NCBI RefSeq assembly: GCF_964204645.1
Contig: NC_134030.1
Span: forward strand, 7,605,022-7,669,021
Source: Tubulanus polymorphus
Lineage: Eukaryota; Animalia; Nemertea
DNA: 64,000 bases
Reading direction: 5' to 3'
This document shows, piece by piece, positions 14,383 through 26,615 of the stretch. The notes under the pieces were generated by a model. That model saw only the letters and a program-made list of their open reading frames with translations, made no database searches and was not told the origin of the DNA. Position 1 is the stretch's first letter. The number at the start of each line of letters is the position of its first letter. A program made the translations under genes and the position numbers.

Positions 14383-16687
14383 CCCTAAAGTTTTCATCAA
14401 AGATTGATTTATTCAAGACAATTTAGATGGGTTATTGGAAAAAAAAGAAGCTCAAGGTCCAAAGTGCATTAACAGTTGCACAAACATCATGAAATCAACG
14501 GAATATCTAACAGAAATACCGGGACCTGCAACATTACCTCTACGTGAACCTTTACCGTTAGATGATATCTACTAAGTGAAAGTACGTGGATTACCGAGGA
14601 TTAACGCTTATCCCTATTTTCCGATGCATTTCCGATCGTTAATTCCTGATGACAATTACAATAGTAGATATTCATCATCAGTTGCAGAGGGTTTGAAGGT
14701 CTGGGAACGAAGGCGCAGCTATGTCTGTATCACCGCAAACAAAATAATTGGGAATTAAGTTATTCGCTATCTCAACATATTTCAGCATATTCATCAACAT
14801 CAACAATGGTTCAAAAAATAAAACGGCAGGTTTTTCAATTTATGTTGGTCAATGAGGAAACCAGCGCAAAATAAGTAAAATTGGAAACGAGCAAGCAGAA
14901 TTGAGGATGATAGCTGAATAGCATGACATGTCAAATATGAAGACTTTCTTTTCATTAGTCGAACATCATTCTTCATCTTCGTTAGATAACGTAACTTTTT
15001 CATTAACACTGCGATTCATTAATCTTGTTAGAATGCACACAGCATTCAGTCTGTTGTTGGTCGTTAAACGGGCCTGTATAACGGCCCAGTAGGAATCATT
15101 ATCAACCTCAATAATGACCTGGTCACAGCCTTAATTAGGATTACAATTGAAAGGAATACCACAATATTTCTCCACCCTAATAACCACCTGATTAGGCCAT
15201 GGCTTTTAAGTTAAGGTCATTACTCCTTGGACTTGAATAAACTTGGTGTCATGATAGCCTCATAATCTTGCACTTAGAAATCCATTTTATAGTACATACA
15301 CCCTGTGGTTAAGTGATTTAAATGCCCAAAAGGCCAGGTGTTTCCGTATTAATCAACTATACAGTAACAATTCTACAATAGTTTGATTCTGGATTTCCCA
15401 TTAAGTAATGATCAATATAACATGTTTATATTGAAAACTAAAAACAAATCATAAATTTCACTTAGTAGGGATATAACGCTGCTTTAAAAGGGGAAACGCC
15501 CAGAACACTTACACCCTCCATCTATCTACCCAGTTATTGTCAGGAGTTTTTTGTCTATATAATAGATAATCTTATTAGGTAACTGGTAATAATCCGCCCC
15601 CAAAAAAATGCCAAAAGGTAAAAATCCCTTGGTTAATATCCCCAATTCCTCAAATTCCCCAAATTTGATTTCACAACAAAATTCAAAAATTTTTTTCAAT
15701 ATTCATTTGTTGAAAAACTTTAATAGATTTCAAAACTCTACTATATGAGTTTATTTTGTAAATAAAGTGAAAAAACTTTTATCAGAACCCTAAAACATTT
15801 CATCTTTCACATGTACATACACATACATATATCGTCTTTCACATACAAACATGAGGCAAAACGAAAACCACAATCACGTCATTGAAAAACATTTGAATTT
15901 TCAGTTTGAAGTACATTGAATTAATCATCATAAATTCTTTTAACCATGAGATTCGTGACGAATATAAATGAGCGGTCTTCGAAAGAATGGAGGCAAAACA
16001 AAAACCGAGCCAAAATTCCTTATATTATGATTTCTAGGCCCCAGCAATTTGTGTCATGGTTTGTGCCATCGAACTTTTGCCGATCCCCTTTTATTCAACT
16101 ATGACTGCCTCGAATAATCCTATTAATCAAATGCTAATTGCGCTTGAAGTTTATTAAGTACTCGAAGGTATGGCTTCAGTTTTAGGTCAGTTAGGCGAAG
16201 CGCTGATTCTACCTTTGCATGTTTTGTTTCTCTAGGTGTGCAAAGTGTCTTTGAAATTTGATTGTAAAAATGCCGAAAGGCGAAATGCAAAATCTCTCAA
16301 GCGATGATGGCACAATACATCTCTTCCGAGCGACATTCCATATTAGTTTGCTGATAACAAAACAGATGGCAGGACTGTGTTGTAATTGCGGTACCGAAAT
16401 ACTGCATTCAACTGAAAGATGGCCTCGCTGATTGATGACTGGAACACGGCTTGATGTGTATTCGATTTTCATCCAACGCAAATATCAATCATTAGTCAAC
16501 GAACAAATATTACTGAAATGGCCTGAATGTGTTATTGAAATTCAGTCGCTCAGGTCAAACAGGATTATCACAATTAATTCATGTGAATTAACACATATGC
16601 AATAAGCAATACACACTCGCACATGAGGGTCATATAAGGATAGAACTGGTTTCTGAACTCCTGAGATATCAAACAACTCTCCATTGC

Positions 16688-16860
16688 AAATAGAAGTCCA
16701 AGAATCTGAATTTTATACATTAGAATCTATTAAAATGAAACCACAATGATTCACAACTAATAGCCATCATCTGGTAGAATGACCAGAAACCTGATGATGG
16801 CTGTTAGTCATTTTCATTAATTTCATCATATGAAATTTGAATTGTGGGACTTCTTCTTTC
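16688..16860. mobile_element. Inverted Penelope-like terminal remnant with truncated hammerhead halves (family 2)
   Basis: ACTAATAGCCATCATC...CTGATGATGGCTGTTAGT foldback; the minus-strand TTTCTGGTCATTC..(C/A)GATGATGGCTATTAGT aligns with the hammerhead at 50119-50172; degenerate outer inverted arms. Confidence 0.5.
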
Positions 16861-17328
16861 AGTTAAAACGGATTAGAATGTTTCATTCGACAACTATCTG
16901 AAGCTGATGACTTCCGACCGAGCATTGGCCAAGCACAGGGCCTAGATTCTCGCTCAGTCAACAATTTCCATACGTACACGGGAGTTGGATGATGCGTTTG
17001 CGGGGACCATATGCGATGCGGCACGCAGTAATACGAACGGGTAAATAATGAGTGTAACAAACAGCGAACGCAATCACCATTAATTCAACACCCAACAGCA
17101 CTTGCAGCATGTTATTACTACCTGCAGACTTGGTTTTAAGTGATACATTTGTTTAGTCATTGCTAACAATGTCAACCATTACAGAACGGGAGAGACAAAC
17201 AAATGAAAACTTTCCTCGTGTGTCGGTATATTGGTTATTGGGGTAAATCGGGAAAATTGGATTTGCTCTTGATGATACATTGGCCTGTATCTCCACAAGT
17301 GCTGAAGGTTGTGGTATACATGTACTTT

Positions 17329-17570
17329 AGCCGCGATCACATGTAGATGATCTGGCCCAGGTCAAATTGGCACGGATCAGGCCCGAGTCAAATTAGGCAC
17401 TACCTAATTAGAGAGCGCGTTCAAACATAAACCACTCACTGCTAAACAATGCTTAAACAAGGTGAGTCGCTTCCAGAACCAGTAGCAATTCATAAGCAAT
17501 AATTTGACCAATGAAAATAGTTGTTCCAGGCATAATTTGGGACATACCAAAACTGCTTGTGATCACAGCT
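17329..17570. mobile_element. PIF/Harbinger(Tourist)-like MITE family A
   Basis: AGCCGCGATCAC...GTGATCACAGCT ends; internal similarity to 55458-55790 in reverse orientation. Confidence 0.75.
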
Positions 17571-18080
17571 TTAGTTAATCAGTATCTCAAAATGTACTTT
17601 ATGTGCTAGGATTGAATTATCTTTTTTACGATCTCCAGTATTCAACCAAATTAAACAGCATGCCTTTTCTGGAAGAAGGCCTACACTTTTGAGGCAGTAC
17701 CATGGTTTATATTAATGTTCGTATCCCAACAACCACTATTTCAAATACAATTGTATTTATTCATCAGTGTTTATCAGTCTTTTTTCAGGTTTCACGACAG
17801 ACCATTTTTAAGCATGCGATTTCAAGGCGATTCAGTATCTCCGGTTTGCAGCCAATTCCACGGTCGTAGCTGACAAACATTGTAAAATGACTTAATCGTG
17901 ACTTCCAGAGTCAAAGATGTCAATACGGAATCATATCCAAAAGAATTGTAGCCTTGTCACGATGATTGATGCTCCTCAGCTAGTGTCCAGAAATGTTGTG
18001 GCAAAAATATCTATAGCGTCTCTAAAATATAATTCTGGAAGTTCTAAAGAGTAAATTCATCTAACAAATTTCATACTTAC

Positions 18081-18206
18081 GGGGAACCACGTACTGCATC
18101 GGAGCCATCGAAATTCTTGCGTTCGGCAGCGCTTCTTTCAGTCGTTGGGCTTCTTTCGGATGGTTGAATCGGAAATAATTCGAACGTCCTAAACATATCA
18201 TAGATC
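18081..18206 (-). CDS. PHLDB1: PHLDB/LL5 homologue, FHA-domain exon 3 (GSMICLGRSNYFRFNHPKEAQRLKEALPNARISMAPMQYVVP)
   Basis: ttttcttgcag|GA...CCC C|gtaagt, 126 nt, phase 1-1; matches my recollection of PHLDB1 GCMLCLGQSTFLRFNHPAEAKWMK. Confidence 0.95.
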
Positions 18207-18495
18207 CTGCAAGAAAAAATATCAAACTACATCCAATCAAACATTGGTTCATTGGTATGCATCTAAGGTGTCCGAACATCCTTTTGGATATATAGCCTTT
18301 ATGGCTCTGCTCAGACTCCTGTCACCTCATTTTCTGTAATCTATTTTGTTATTATTAATTTTGTACATATTGTTGGTGACAAATAAACTACTATACTATA
18401 CTATACTACAGCGAGTTCCAGATTTAAGTCAGAAGATGAGAAATTGAGAAAAGGCCTAAAGGTTTCGCGCCTCACCAAACTGGTATATAGTATAC

Positions 18496-18678
18496 CTTGG
18501 CTTAATCGAGTAGCTTTGGCGACTGGTATGCCATCGATGGAGCAAGCATTAGCGATTGGATGAAATGTGACAGTGTCGTTGATGTTTTCGATGTACGCGT
18601 GTTCCTTCTCGATTCCGGTGCCTTCGACGACTATGTCGGGCCGATACGGCGCATCGAAACGACCAATCCTTGTGCGTC
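18496..18678 (-). CDS. PHLDB1: PHLDB/LL5 homologue, FHA-domain exon 2 (GRTRIGRFDAPYRPDIVVEGTGIEKEHAYIENINDTVTFHPIANACSIDGIPVAKATRLSQ)
   Basis: caatttcag|GA...CAA G|gtatac, 183 nt, phase 1-1; matches PHLDB1 GRTVIG..DISLQGPGLAPEHCYIEN..NACTIDGLPV..TRLTQG. Not listed in the ORF track. Confidence 0.95.
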
Positions 18679-21102
18679 CTGAAATTGAAGAACATTTAGA
18701 GAACTAATAATACTCGAGCACACATATCTACATTATTTACGATATCAAGATGAATATCGTCAACGCGATCCTGATGCGCGAAATAAGACTCGACAAACAG
18801 TACAAGTAGACATTCTATCATACGCGAGTGACATTGAGATGTGACTCGATTTGTTCAAGCGACAAAAATAAGAGATTTTCCGAAGAGAGTTGAATGTCAA
18901 TCAAGTCACTCGTAAGTTGTAAGTATTAGCTTTTATCGTTGTGTGACGGCGGAATAAATCGATGCAGCCTTTTTATGCCTAACAAGACAGATGCACCATA
19001 ACGCGGCGCTTCTTCAATCTAAAAACTTCGCAGCGTTTTGTATAGATGACTGCATAATGTTATTTCTTAATCCGCTGCCCGTTCAGCCGAATAAATCGTT
19101 CATCAACAACTTGAATCCTGATGATAATATCTGATAGTCAGAGGTCATCTCCGTGGTGTCCAACTATCGCTCAAATTGGATAACTATCCAAACAAGATTT
19201 TATTGAAATTGGAGGGGACAAAACAAGTCAGCATGGTACTTCAGCTATCCAATGTGCTTGCATATCGATATTGCACACATTGCACCGTCGTAGTAGTCGG
19301 CAAAATTACCACAAAAAAATCATTTTTGCTGACAATTACAACTACAACCAGTAGTGATTGCACGACCAACACCAGACAGGTAATGACGACATTTATACAC
19401 CATTTATCACCGGATCAAGCAAACTTTTTTTCTTTGAAAGCAACATCGGTCACCACTTCACTCGACCAGGCACGCTGCCCTCATTTCCATTGGTCACTAA
19501 AATCGAAATATCTACCTGACCAGGCACCTCGTTTCCATGGCAATATGCTAATGGTCATATGGTTATATGGTTATTGTTTTTTTTTTTTAGACCCCATGTT
19601 TTCACAGTAGAGGTGGCTCTATTTGCTGTGCTGTTCTACGGTCTAGCGCCACTCTCCGCGGGAGCGGGCTTTTAACTGAGGTGGTATGGACGGTGAGTGA
19701 TAATCATACAATATTCATATGTGAAATCATACCATGCACTGATGAAAATAAGATTCATCAATATTCAATATACACTACCATTATTGAGAATGGTCTATAT
19801 TTGGTACATCCCATTTGAGAATGGACCAAGTGTACACACGAGCAAAAGGTCTGTTCCAAACAGGCCTGTTCCATTCTAGACTAGAATCTAGTCTTGGACC
19901 AACCTAAAAGGCTGATCAATCCAAGTCTGTTCAACATTTTGGAACTGCACCAACTGCAAGCAAATTCTATACAACTACCACAGAATGAAGGAATGATGAA
20001 TTCAGGATTAGAATAGACAATATAAGAAAATTAATATGCGTGAAAAGAAAATATTTAGTCTCATCAATTCACAGCAAAATTCTTCCCAAAATATTCATTT
20101 GTGCGTAAATAAAAAATTGTAATTGCTAATACTATCGAACTTTCCTGACACGTCGTACTTTTCACCGCGTGACGCCATTTATCCGCGCAGAAAATGTCAA
20201 TAATCATTGTGCAAAGGAAATAGTCTTCAGTCGCAGTCGATTCGAATTCTCAATGCATATACGCGATGCTCTCGGGAATCAAAATCAGAAATATAATCAT
20301 CGTAAAAACTATCATAACTGACTCCAATATTCTGTAGTTACCAGAATGGTTCAAAGTACCGCCCACGGTAGCCTACTCCTACACAGTGAAGTACCCCGCA
20401 AATCACTATATTTACACTGCTCCAGAAATTAACACCTATTTGTGCGGTGAAATCCCCCCCAGAAATAAGTATACCTCTCCTAGGTTAAATGCATAACATT
20501 CAACAAGAAAAATGAACTTTAAAGTTTATCAACAACTTAATATAATCAATCATAATTTTGAAAGACCAATATTGATGGCATAATGCACTATGCACTGTGA
20601 TGGCAATAGTGATTATTGATATACTTATAAAAGCAATTTTGTAGCGTGTGACGTCAACAAATCTTCAAATCAGTGTTTGATATAGTCGGTAGAATTTCAC
20701 CAGTCCCAATTTGACCGATTAGGGAAGAATTTATAGTTTATTTAGTTATTCTATCGACTGGATAATCATGGATTGATGAAAGAACAATCCGACACATTTA
20801 CATTTCAATAAGACATTCTACCCATTAACAAACAACATAACATGGTATACTGAACATTTTATGCCGATGTTCTATTTGTTCCTAGGCAGAAAAAGACATG
20901 ACAATACGAATTAGTTCATTAATGATTGCGTAATTAAGTGTAATTATGCAATCGCACAAACGTTTGACAGCTAATAGCTGTAAAAAATCTATTCCACGTT
21001 TTGACTGATGCGGTATTTTGTACCAGGCAATGAAATGATGACTCTGATGTAGTTTCACAGACAGGTCTTAGCATTTTTATTCAAATTAAGCCTTAACTCG
21101 AG

Positions 21103-21210
21103 GGTCCAGTTCCACAGTTCTGAGTTAAGATTTGACCCTGGGTTAAAACATTGAAAATGAACTAACTTTAACTCAGAGTTAACTCTAACTCGCAACTGTG
21201 GAACTGGGTC
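21103..21210. mobile_element. Harbinger-like MITE family B (CAG-type target)
   Basis: GGTCCAGTTCCACAGTT...AACTGTGGAACTGGGTC|cag; other copies at 49179 and 56109. Confidence 0.75.
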
Positions 21211-21224
21211 CAGAAGGTAAAACT

Positions 21225-21510
21225 GGTATACCCAATTGGCAAATATGCATGCGAATTTAGGAGGTGGTCTCAGCGTTCCGAAACCCTGCCCTCCCATCGA
21301 GGTTGCCCTTTTTAGTCAAAACAGAAATTGTAAAACCTGCAAATTTGACGCTCATCCTCCAAGAACTTACATCCTTCGACATAGATTTCTAAAGAATAAC
21401 CCTAGATGAGGGAGCCCGCTAGGGGACTTTGACATGGCTGACATGGCTGCTTTATCAGACAAATGCCTTTTCTTTTCTTCTGGATCTTGGCCTTCAAATT
21501 TCCACCAACG
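21225..21510. repeat. Dispersed repeat, second copy at about 53655-53880
   Basis: Shared blocks GTTG(C/G)CCTTTTT(A/T)GTCA, TTACATC(C/T)TT, CCCGCTAG(G/T)GG, AAATGCCTTTTCTTT and GGCCTTC(A/T)AATTT. Confidence 0.6.
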
Positions 21511-22371
21511 CCTGCATATGAGTCTTGATCATGACAACGGACGTACGAAATGGCAGTGTGCGGACATCAAGGTAGGAATTCGAGGTCTCAAGTTTGAATA
21601 CCAAATCTAGACAAATAACGAATAAGACCTGGTTCTAAGTTATAAGCCATCAGATTTCGTTCCGAAGGTGAAGTAATTGAAAATGAACTAGTTCTGACTC
21701 GAAGCGTACTTCAAGTGTGCCCTGCTAAATTAGCACTCTGTAAACCATCAACCGATCGTTCATAATTCGAGGAGCTTCCTCTCGCTTTTCGTGTGTCTCG
21801 CGTCTGATCTCCGCGCGTAACGGCGTTTGCGGCTCAACAAGCGGCGCTTAATTGAATCACGACGAAATCTTTTCGCAGACCGAAATCGATCCGTTCGAAA
21901 TTCACTGTGACGGCGACAATCATAACTTCGTCGTCGATGATGACTGGTTAGACCGAGTTTTTCAGAATTTCGAACACGATTCTCCAATTTTCCGATACGC
22001 GCGATCTACGTGTATCGTTTTTCTCGAATATCGTCTTCTCGCTTTGTAAATAGTGGTTAGACTAACTCCGAGCGAGCGAGAGATCAAACCAATTAAAAGA
22101 GATGCCGGCGAAGATAACGGCGCTTCTCTCTCCTGAAGGCATCGAACGTCGAGAACGAACCGATCGACTGCGTTGAAAAAGCGACTCAAAGGAAATAAAA
22201 CCGTTTGAAAAGACGAATGAAAATGTAAACGCTTGTGACAACAATGTTCAAAGGTTTCTTGATTTGCTGTTTCGTTTTCTGCCATCTCCCTTTTAACACG
22301 GATTGCTTACTTGCTTGAAATGAACCAACAAACATTCGATATTTAATAGATAAGGACAGTTTAAGACGTAT

Positions 22372-22647
22372 AGCCGCAATCGCGGAGATGATTTGACCCC
22401 AGGTCAACTGGCCCAGATCAGACCAGATTCAAATTTGATCCATGTCTAATTAGGTAGCGTGTTCACATGTAAACCAATCACTCTCCAGCCTCTCTAGTCA
22501 TTCCTGAAACGAGTATGCATTCAAACGCTATAATTTCACCCGTGCTAAAATTTGACCACTTGTTCGAGTCAAATTTGGCCTGGGTCAAACAGTCATCAGC
22601 CCATTAGGCAACAGAATTTGCCCAAAAATAACCATGCGATCACGACT
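22372..22647. mobile_element. MITE family A, diverged copy
   Basis: AGCCGCAATCGC...GCGATCACGACT ends with internal CCAAATTTGG-type motifs. Confidence 0.65.
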
Positions 22648-23678
22648 GTGACCTGGGTAACTGGAGCCATTGCTCTTAACTTACTTAACCAATATAACGG
22701 CTCAGATTTATGGATGAATTCATCGCGCAGTTATAAGATAAGTCATCTCACGTTTGATTCGGCTGACCGATCCTCGTTTGCCGCGTTGATCAATTGATGA
22801 TGAAATCACGACAACGGCGCTCTCTAATCCGATAAACTCATCCGCGTCCACGAAACGGGTCATTTCATCGATGCAAACTGACCGATCCAATTCGATAAAC
22901 GGCGTGCCGCCGCGATCCGCCGGGATTGCCAATATCATCGTTAAGTTATGGCTTTTCGATTCCGGTCGGTTTGTGTCGAAGAATGGAATATCAACGCTTC
23001 CCAAATATCTAACAAGAAAACTAACTTGAAAGTTCATTGATGCCTCTTGACAAATAACACATATACGGCTTAATATTGCCGACAATGAAGTTTTATATAA
23101 ACTATACGATAAAGTTATTTTGGATTTGAATATATCTATAGTTGAATTGAATTGACTGGCAACCAGTCTAGCCCCAACGTATCAAAAAGGTGATTATTGG
23201 AATGAATGAAGAATGAAAATTGTGTTGAATTGAATTCAAATGATGCGTGAATAAAACCAACTTTAACGAATAACATGATCGAAAATTAACATGTGAATAT
23301 GCTTTAAAAATTTTCCAATATTTTGGTAGAGTACCCTAAGTAATTGAAAAAACCTTATAAACATGCTATTATAGTATCTGAATATGATGACATCACAACC
23401 TCGCATGAATTCAAAGATAAACGATCATATCAAGCAATCAAGCAACTAAGTGGCATTTAATTGAAATGTCACTCTTCTGTCTTCGCTTGCTCATTTCACA
23501 AAAGGGCAGAAAATCATTTCTTCAAAGGACGGAAAACGTATCAAGTGATTGATATTTCCATGAAGTCTGACTCAAGTATCCCGAACACTTGGGAATAGCT
23601 TTGTCGTGGTATGGGAAACTGTCGTGGTATTTCTTCAGTAAAACTCTGCGGTGCAAATTGTTTTCCTTTATAATAAAT

Positions 23679-24881
23679 AGGGTGGCCACTACCTGGAAAT
23701 CAGGAAATAGAGAATTTTGTTAGAAGGCTTAAGATCAGGGGAATTAATAAATTATTAATAGCCTGCATTTCAGGATCAACAACGGTGCAAGCAAGTCGTT
23801 TCATCCACGATGACTACGGCGACGTTGACCTTAACCTCGGGATGAATACTGTGTCGTTTTTTCTAAACGTCATCGAGGGTTAAGTCGGTACGCTGTATGC
23901 ATATTTTTCAGACGGCGGTCGGTCGGCCGTACGATCGATCGGAATCGAGCGATGCGCTTCGTATCGATTCGATCATCCTCGGGACGAACTGTCTGATCGC
24001 CGGGTGGCGGCGGCGAAAACAATATATCGAAATTGCATCTCACGGCACATGAGATGCGGTACATACAATGTGTACGGTTGATCGACGGTGCAATTACTGG
24101 ATGGGATACAGTCAAGTAGACATCAAACATAAACCACGATGGGAGGACAAAAAGAGTCGGTGATTGCACCTGAAGGACACGCGATATTCTGGTTTCAACT
24201 TTAACCAGGTACCATGCAATAATGGAAGGCTGATCTAAGTGTTTAGACTTGAGGCTGAAGTAGGTCGACTCACGATTGCTTGTACCATGATGTGATCGAT
24301 TGCAACTGGTCAGAAAAGAGCGCGTAGGTCAACTGTGACGTGATCATTAGTGATACAATGCTATCAGTCGCAAGAGCAGTGCAAGTTGGTTACAACTGGG
24401 AGAAATAGTTGCGTTGCGTAGCAGAACGTAGAACCTGTATAAGACTAGTCTTTATGAATTTACTGTACAACTCATTGTGACTAGGATTTCTGGTAGGCAT
24501 AAGGTTGCACAGGTCGATGGATGATTGCGATGCTATCGTCGCCGTCGCCTGCTCCTGCAGAATCGTGTCGTGATGATCCGTTGGCAATGCTGAACTTTGC
24601 CTGTAATTAGGATGACTGCCCTGACTTGTATTGCGAAGTTTCAGGCAGTTGCAAAATGCTGGTATAAAATGGACCACTATTTCAGAGTGACCAGTTTTAT
24701 TTGACTTACATTTCCCTGACTGTTATTCCCTGACATACACGCTGTTTCCCTCACTTGATAATCCAACAAATTAACACAGTCTTATATGTAAGACATATAC
24801 AGAAACTGTTTGACTTTTCCCTGATCTTAAGCCTTTTAACAAAATTCTCTATTTCCTGATTTCCAGGTTGTGGCCACCCTG
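23679..24881. mobile_element. Pair of ~62-bp inverted DNA-transposon ends (AGGGTGGCCAC...) bracketing ~1.1 kb
   Basis: 23679-23740 is the near-perfect reverse complement of 24819-24880; no clear target-site duplication. Confidence 0.6.
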
Positions 24882-25816
24882 TAATTTGATACAGTCCCTG
24901 GAGCTCTATGAACTTTTTACATTAGAATATAACTCTTCGGACCCTAGTTGGATCTTACCCCGGCCACCCCAGTTATGTTGTTGAAATATGATCATTGAAG
25001 GCACAAAATGACTATGAGATAAAGCCACTTGATCTCAGCAATTTTATTTTTGCATAGTGTTCATCCCATATATATCCACTTAAGCACTCATCCAGAATAC
25101 TGTATTAACCATAAGCCTAGTTGAACAAGAAAGTTCAATTTCTTTGTCATACGATACTGGACCGATAATATTGCTGTGTATAAGTGTCTTATGTCCCTGG
25201 TAATTGTTGCTGAAACTAAAGCTTTATGTCTGTTTGCTTTGGAATAACACCGATAAGAACTGCAGATTAAATGCTTCCCAAAATGGAAGGAACTAAAGAT
25301 ATATGGCGAAGCATGGACTCAAGGGTCGATGGACGAAGCATTGATAGGCCCTGCAAGATGCTTAGTTAGGGGTGCAGAAGTGGGAGGGGAATGTGGCTAC
25401 GTACGTTAGGTATGTGGTTATTTTCAGGTATTTAGCGTCCTCAAAGGTCATGTGGTAAGAATGCATTTATCTTTTGAAGATTGTATCCTCCTATGGGGGA
25501 TATTTTTGCAAGAGATTTTCAGTATAATCTGCTTTACTCAGAAAAGCTGCTGAAAACAGCTATTTGCAGATATATTTAGTAACCAAATACATGGTTAAGG
25601 TGGCCATCTTGGACGACCAACATTATCCAAAATAGAACCTTTCTGGTATATCAAAGCAATACACTATACAGTTTTGAGATCCTACATGCAATATGAACAC
25701 TATGGGCTATCATCTGGAAAAAAAGATGGACTGCTGATTTTGCAAATTCTGCAATGTGAGATACATTCTCATTTTCATTGGCTCCACAGATTTATCAACA
25801 TCGATGCTGCTCTTAC

Positions 25817-25937
25817 CGGGTCTAACGGGGAGGATGGTTATCGCTGTACTCAGTCTACCGCCACCGAGGCTCACTAAGTGTGGCACGTCGCTCTGCACTT
25901 TCACACCTCTTCCGGTGTCCGTTACTTCCAACTGATC
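25817..25937 (-). CDS. PHLDB1: PHLDB/LL5 homologue, FHA-domain exon 1 (DQLEVTDTGRGVKVQSDVPHLVSLGGGRLSTAITILPVRP-G)
   Basis: tgtgtttttcag|GAT...CCC G|gtaaga, 121 nt, phase 0-1; very close to PHLDB1 LDLIETGKGLKVQTDKPHLVSLGSGRLSTAITLLPL as recalled. Confidence 0.96.
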
Positions 25938-26502
25938 CTGAAAAACACAACCAATGAGTTTGCGCTATTACCAACAATCGTGATGATTTAAATGACCTCC
26001 GGGCGTATTTCTGGCAAATCAGATTTTGACAAAATGGTTATGTTAACCTTATATATTTTTGGTGGCTCCTATAAGTTTTCGAAAGGAAAACACACAAAAA
26101 AATAACTCGAACAAGTGTGTGCAATCTCCTAGATAATGATACTGATGAGAGCGAGAAAGAACACAATTAGACATCGTTATACTGCTTTTAATTGAATACT
26201 TATTCAGTTGCCACTGGAAACCGGTTGTTTTGATGCTGATTATAGTGGCAAAACAGTCATTTGCACATGACTGTATTTAGCAGCATGATTTGAAAAAAGT
26301 TGCTCGCCTATTTTTTAACTAAAGACACCTACTTATCTAGGCAAATTTATTGTTTTAATATCAAGATAAAAAATCAACTGGCCTGTGAACATTGATGTTC
26401 TGTCTCAAGCATATCTGAGTTTCCTCTATCTAATTTTTTGGTAGCTAACCTTATTTATAGGGATACCACAATGGAAAATGGATAGTGAGATCATAATGGA
26501 AC

Positions 26503-26615
26503 ACAGCCAATCACAAATGATGCTGGATAATGACATCACCACAGAAGTAGCCAATCATAAACAGTGCTGGATAGTGACATCACTGCAGAAGTCAGCCAAT
26601 TACAAATGATACTGG
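26503..26615. repeat. ~43-bp tandem repeat (about 2.6 copies) carrying CCAAT and TGACATCA motifs
   Basis: The unit AGCCAATCA..AA...TGCTGGATA.TGACATCAC..CAGAAGT is repeated. Confidence 0.7.
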
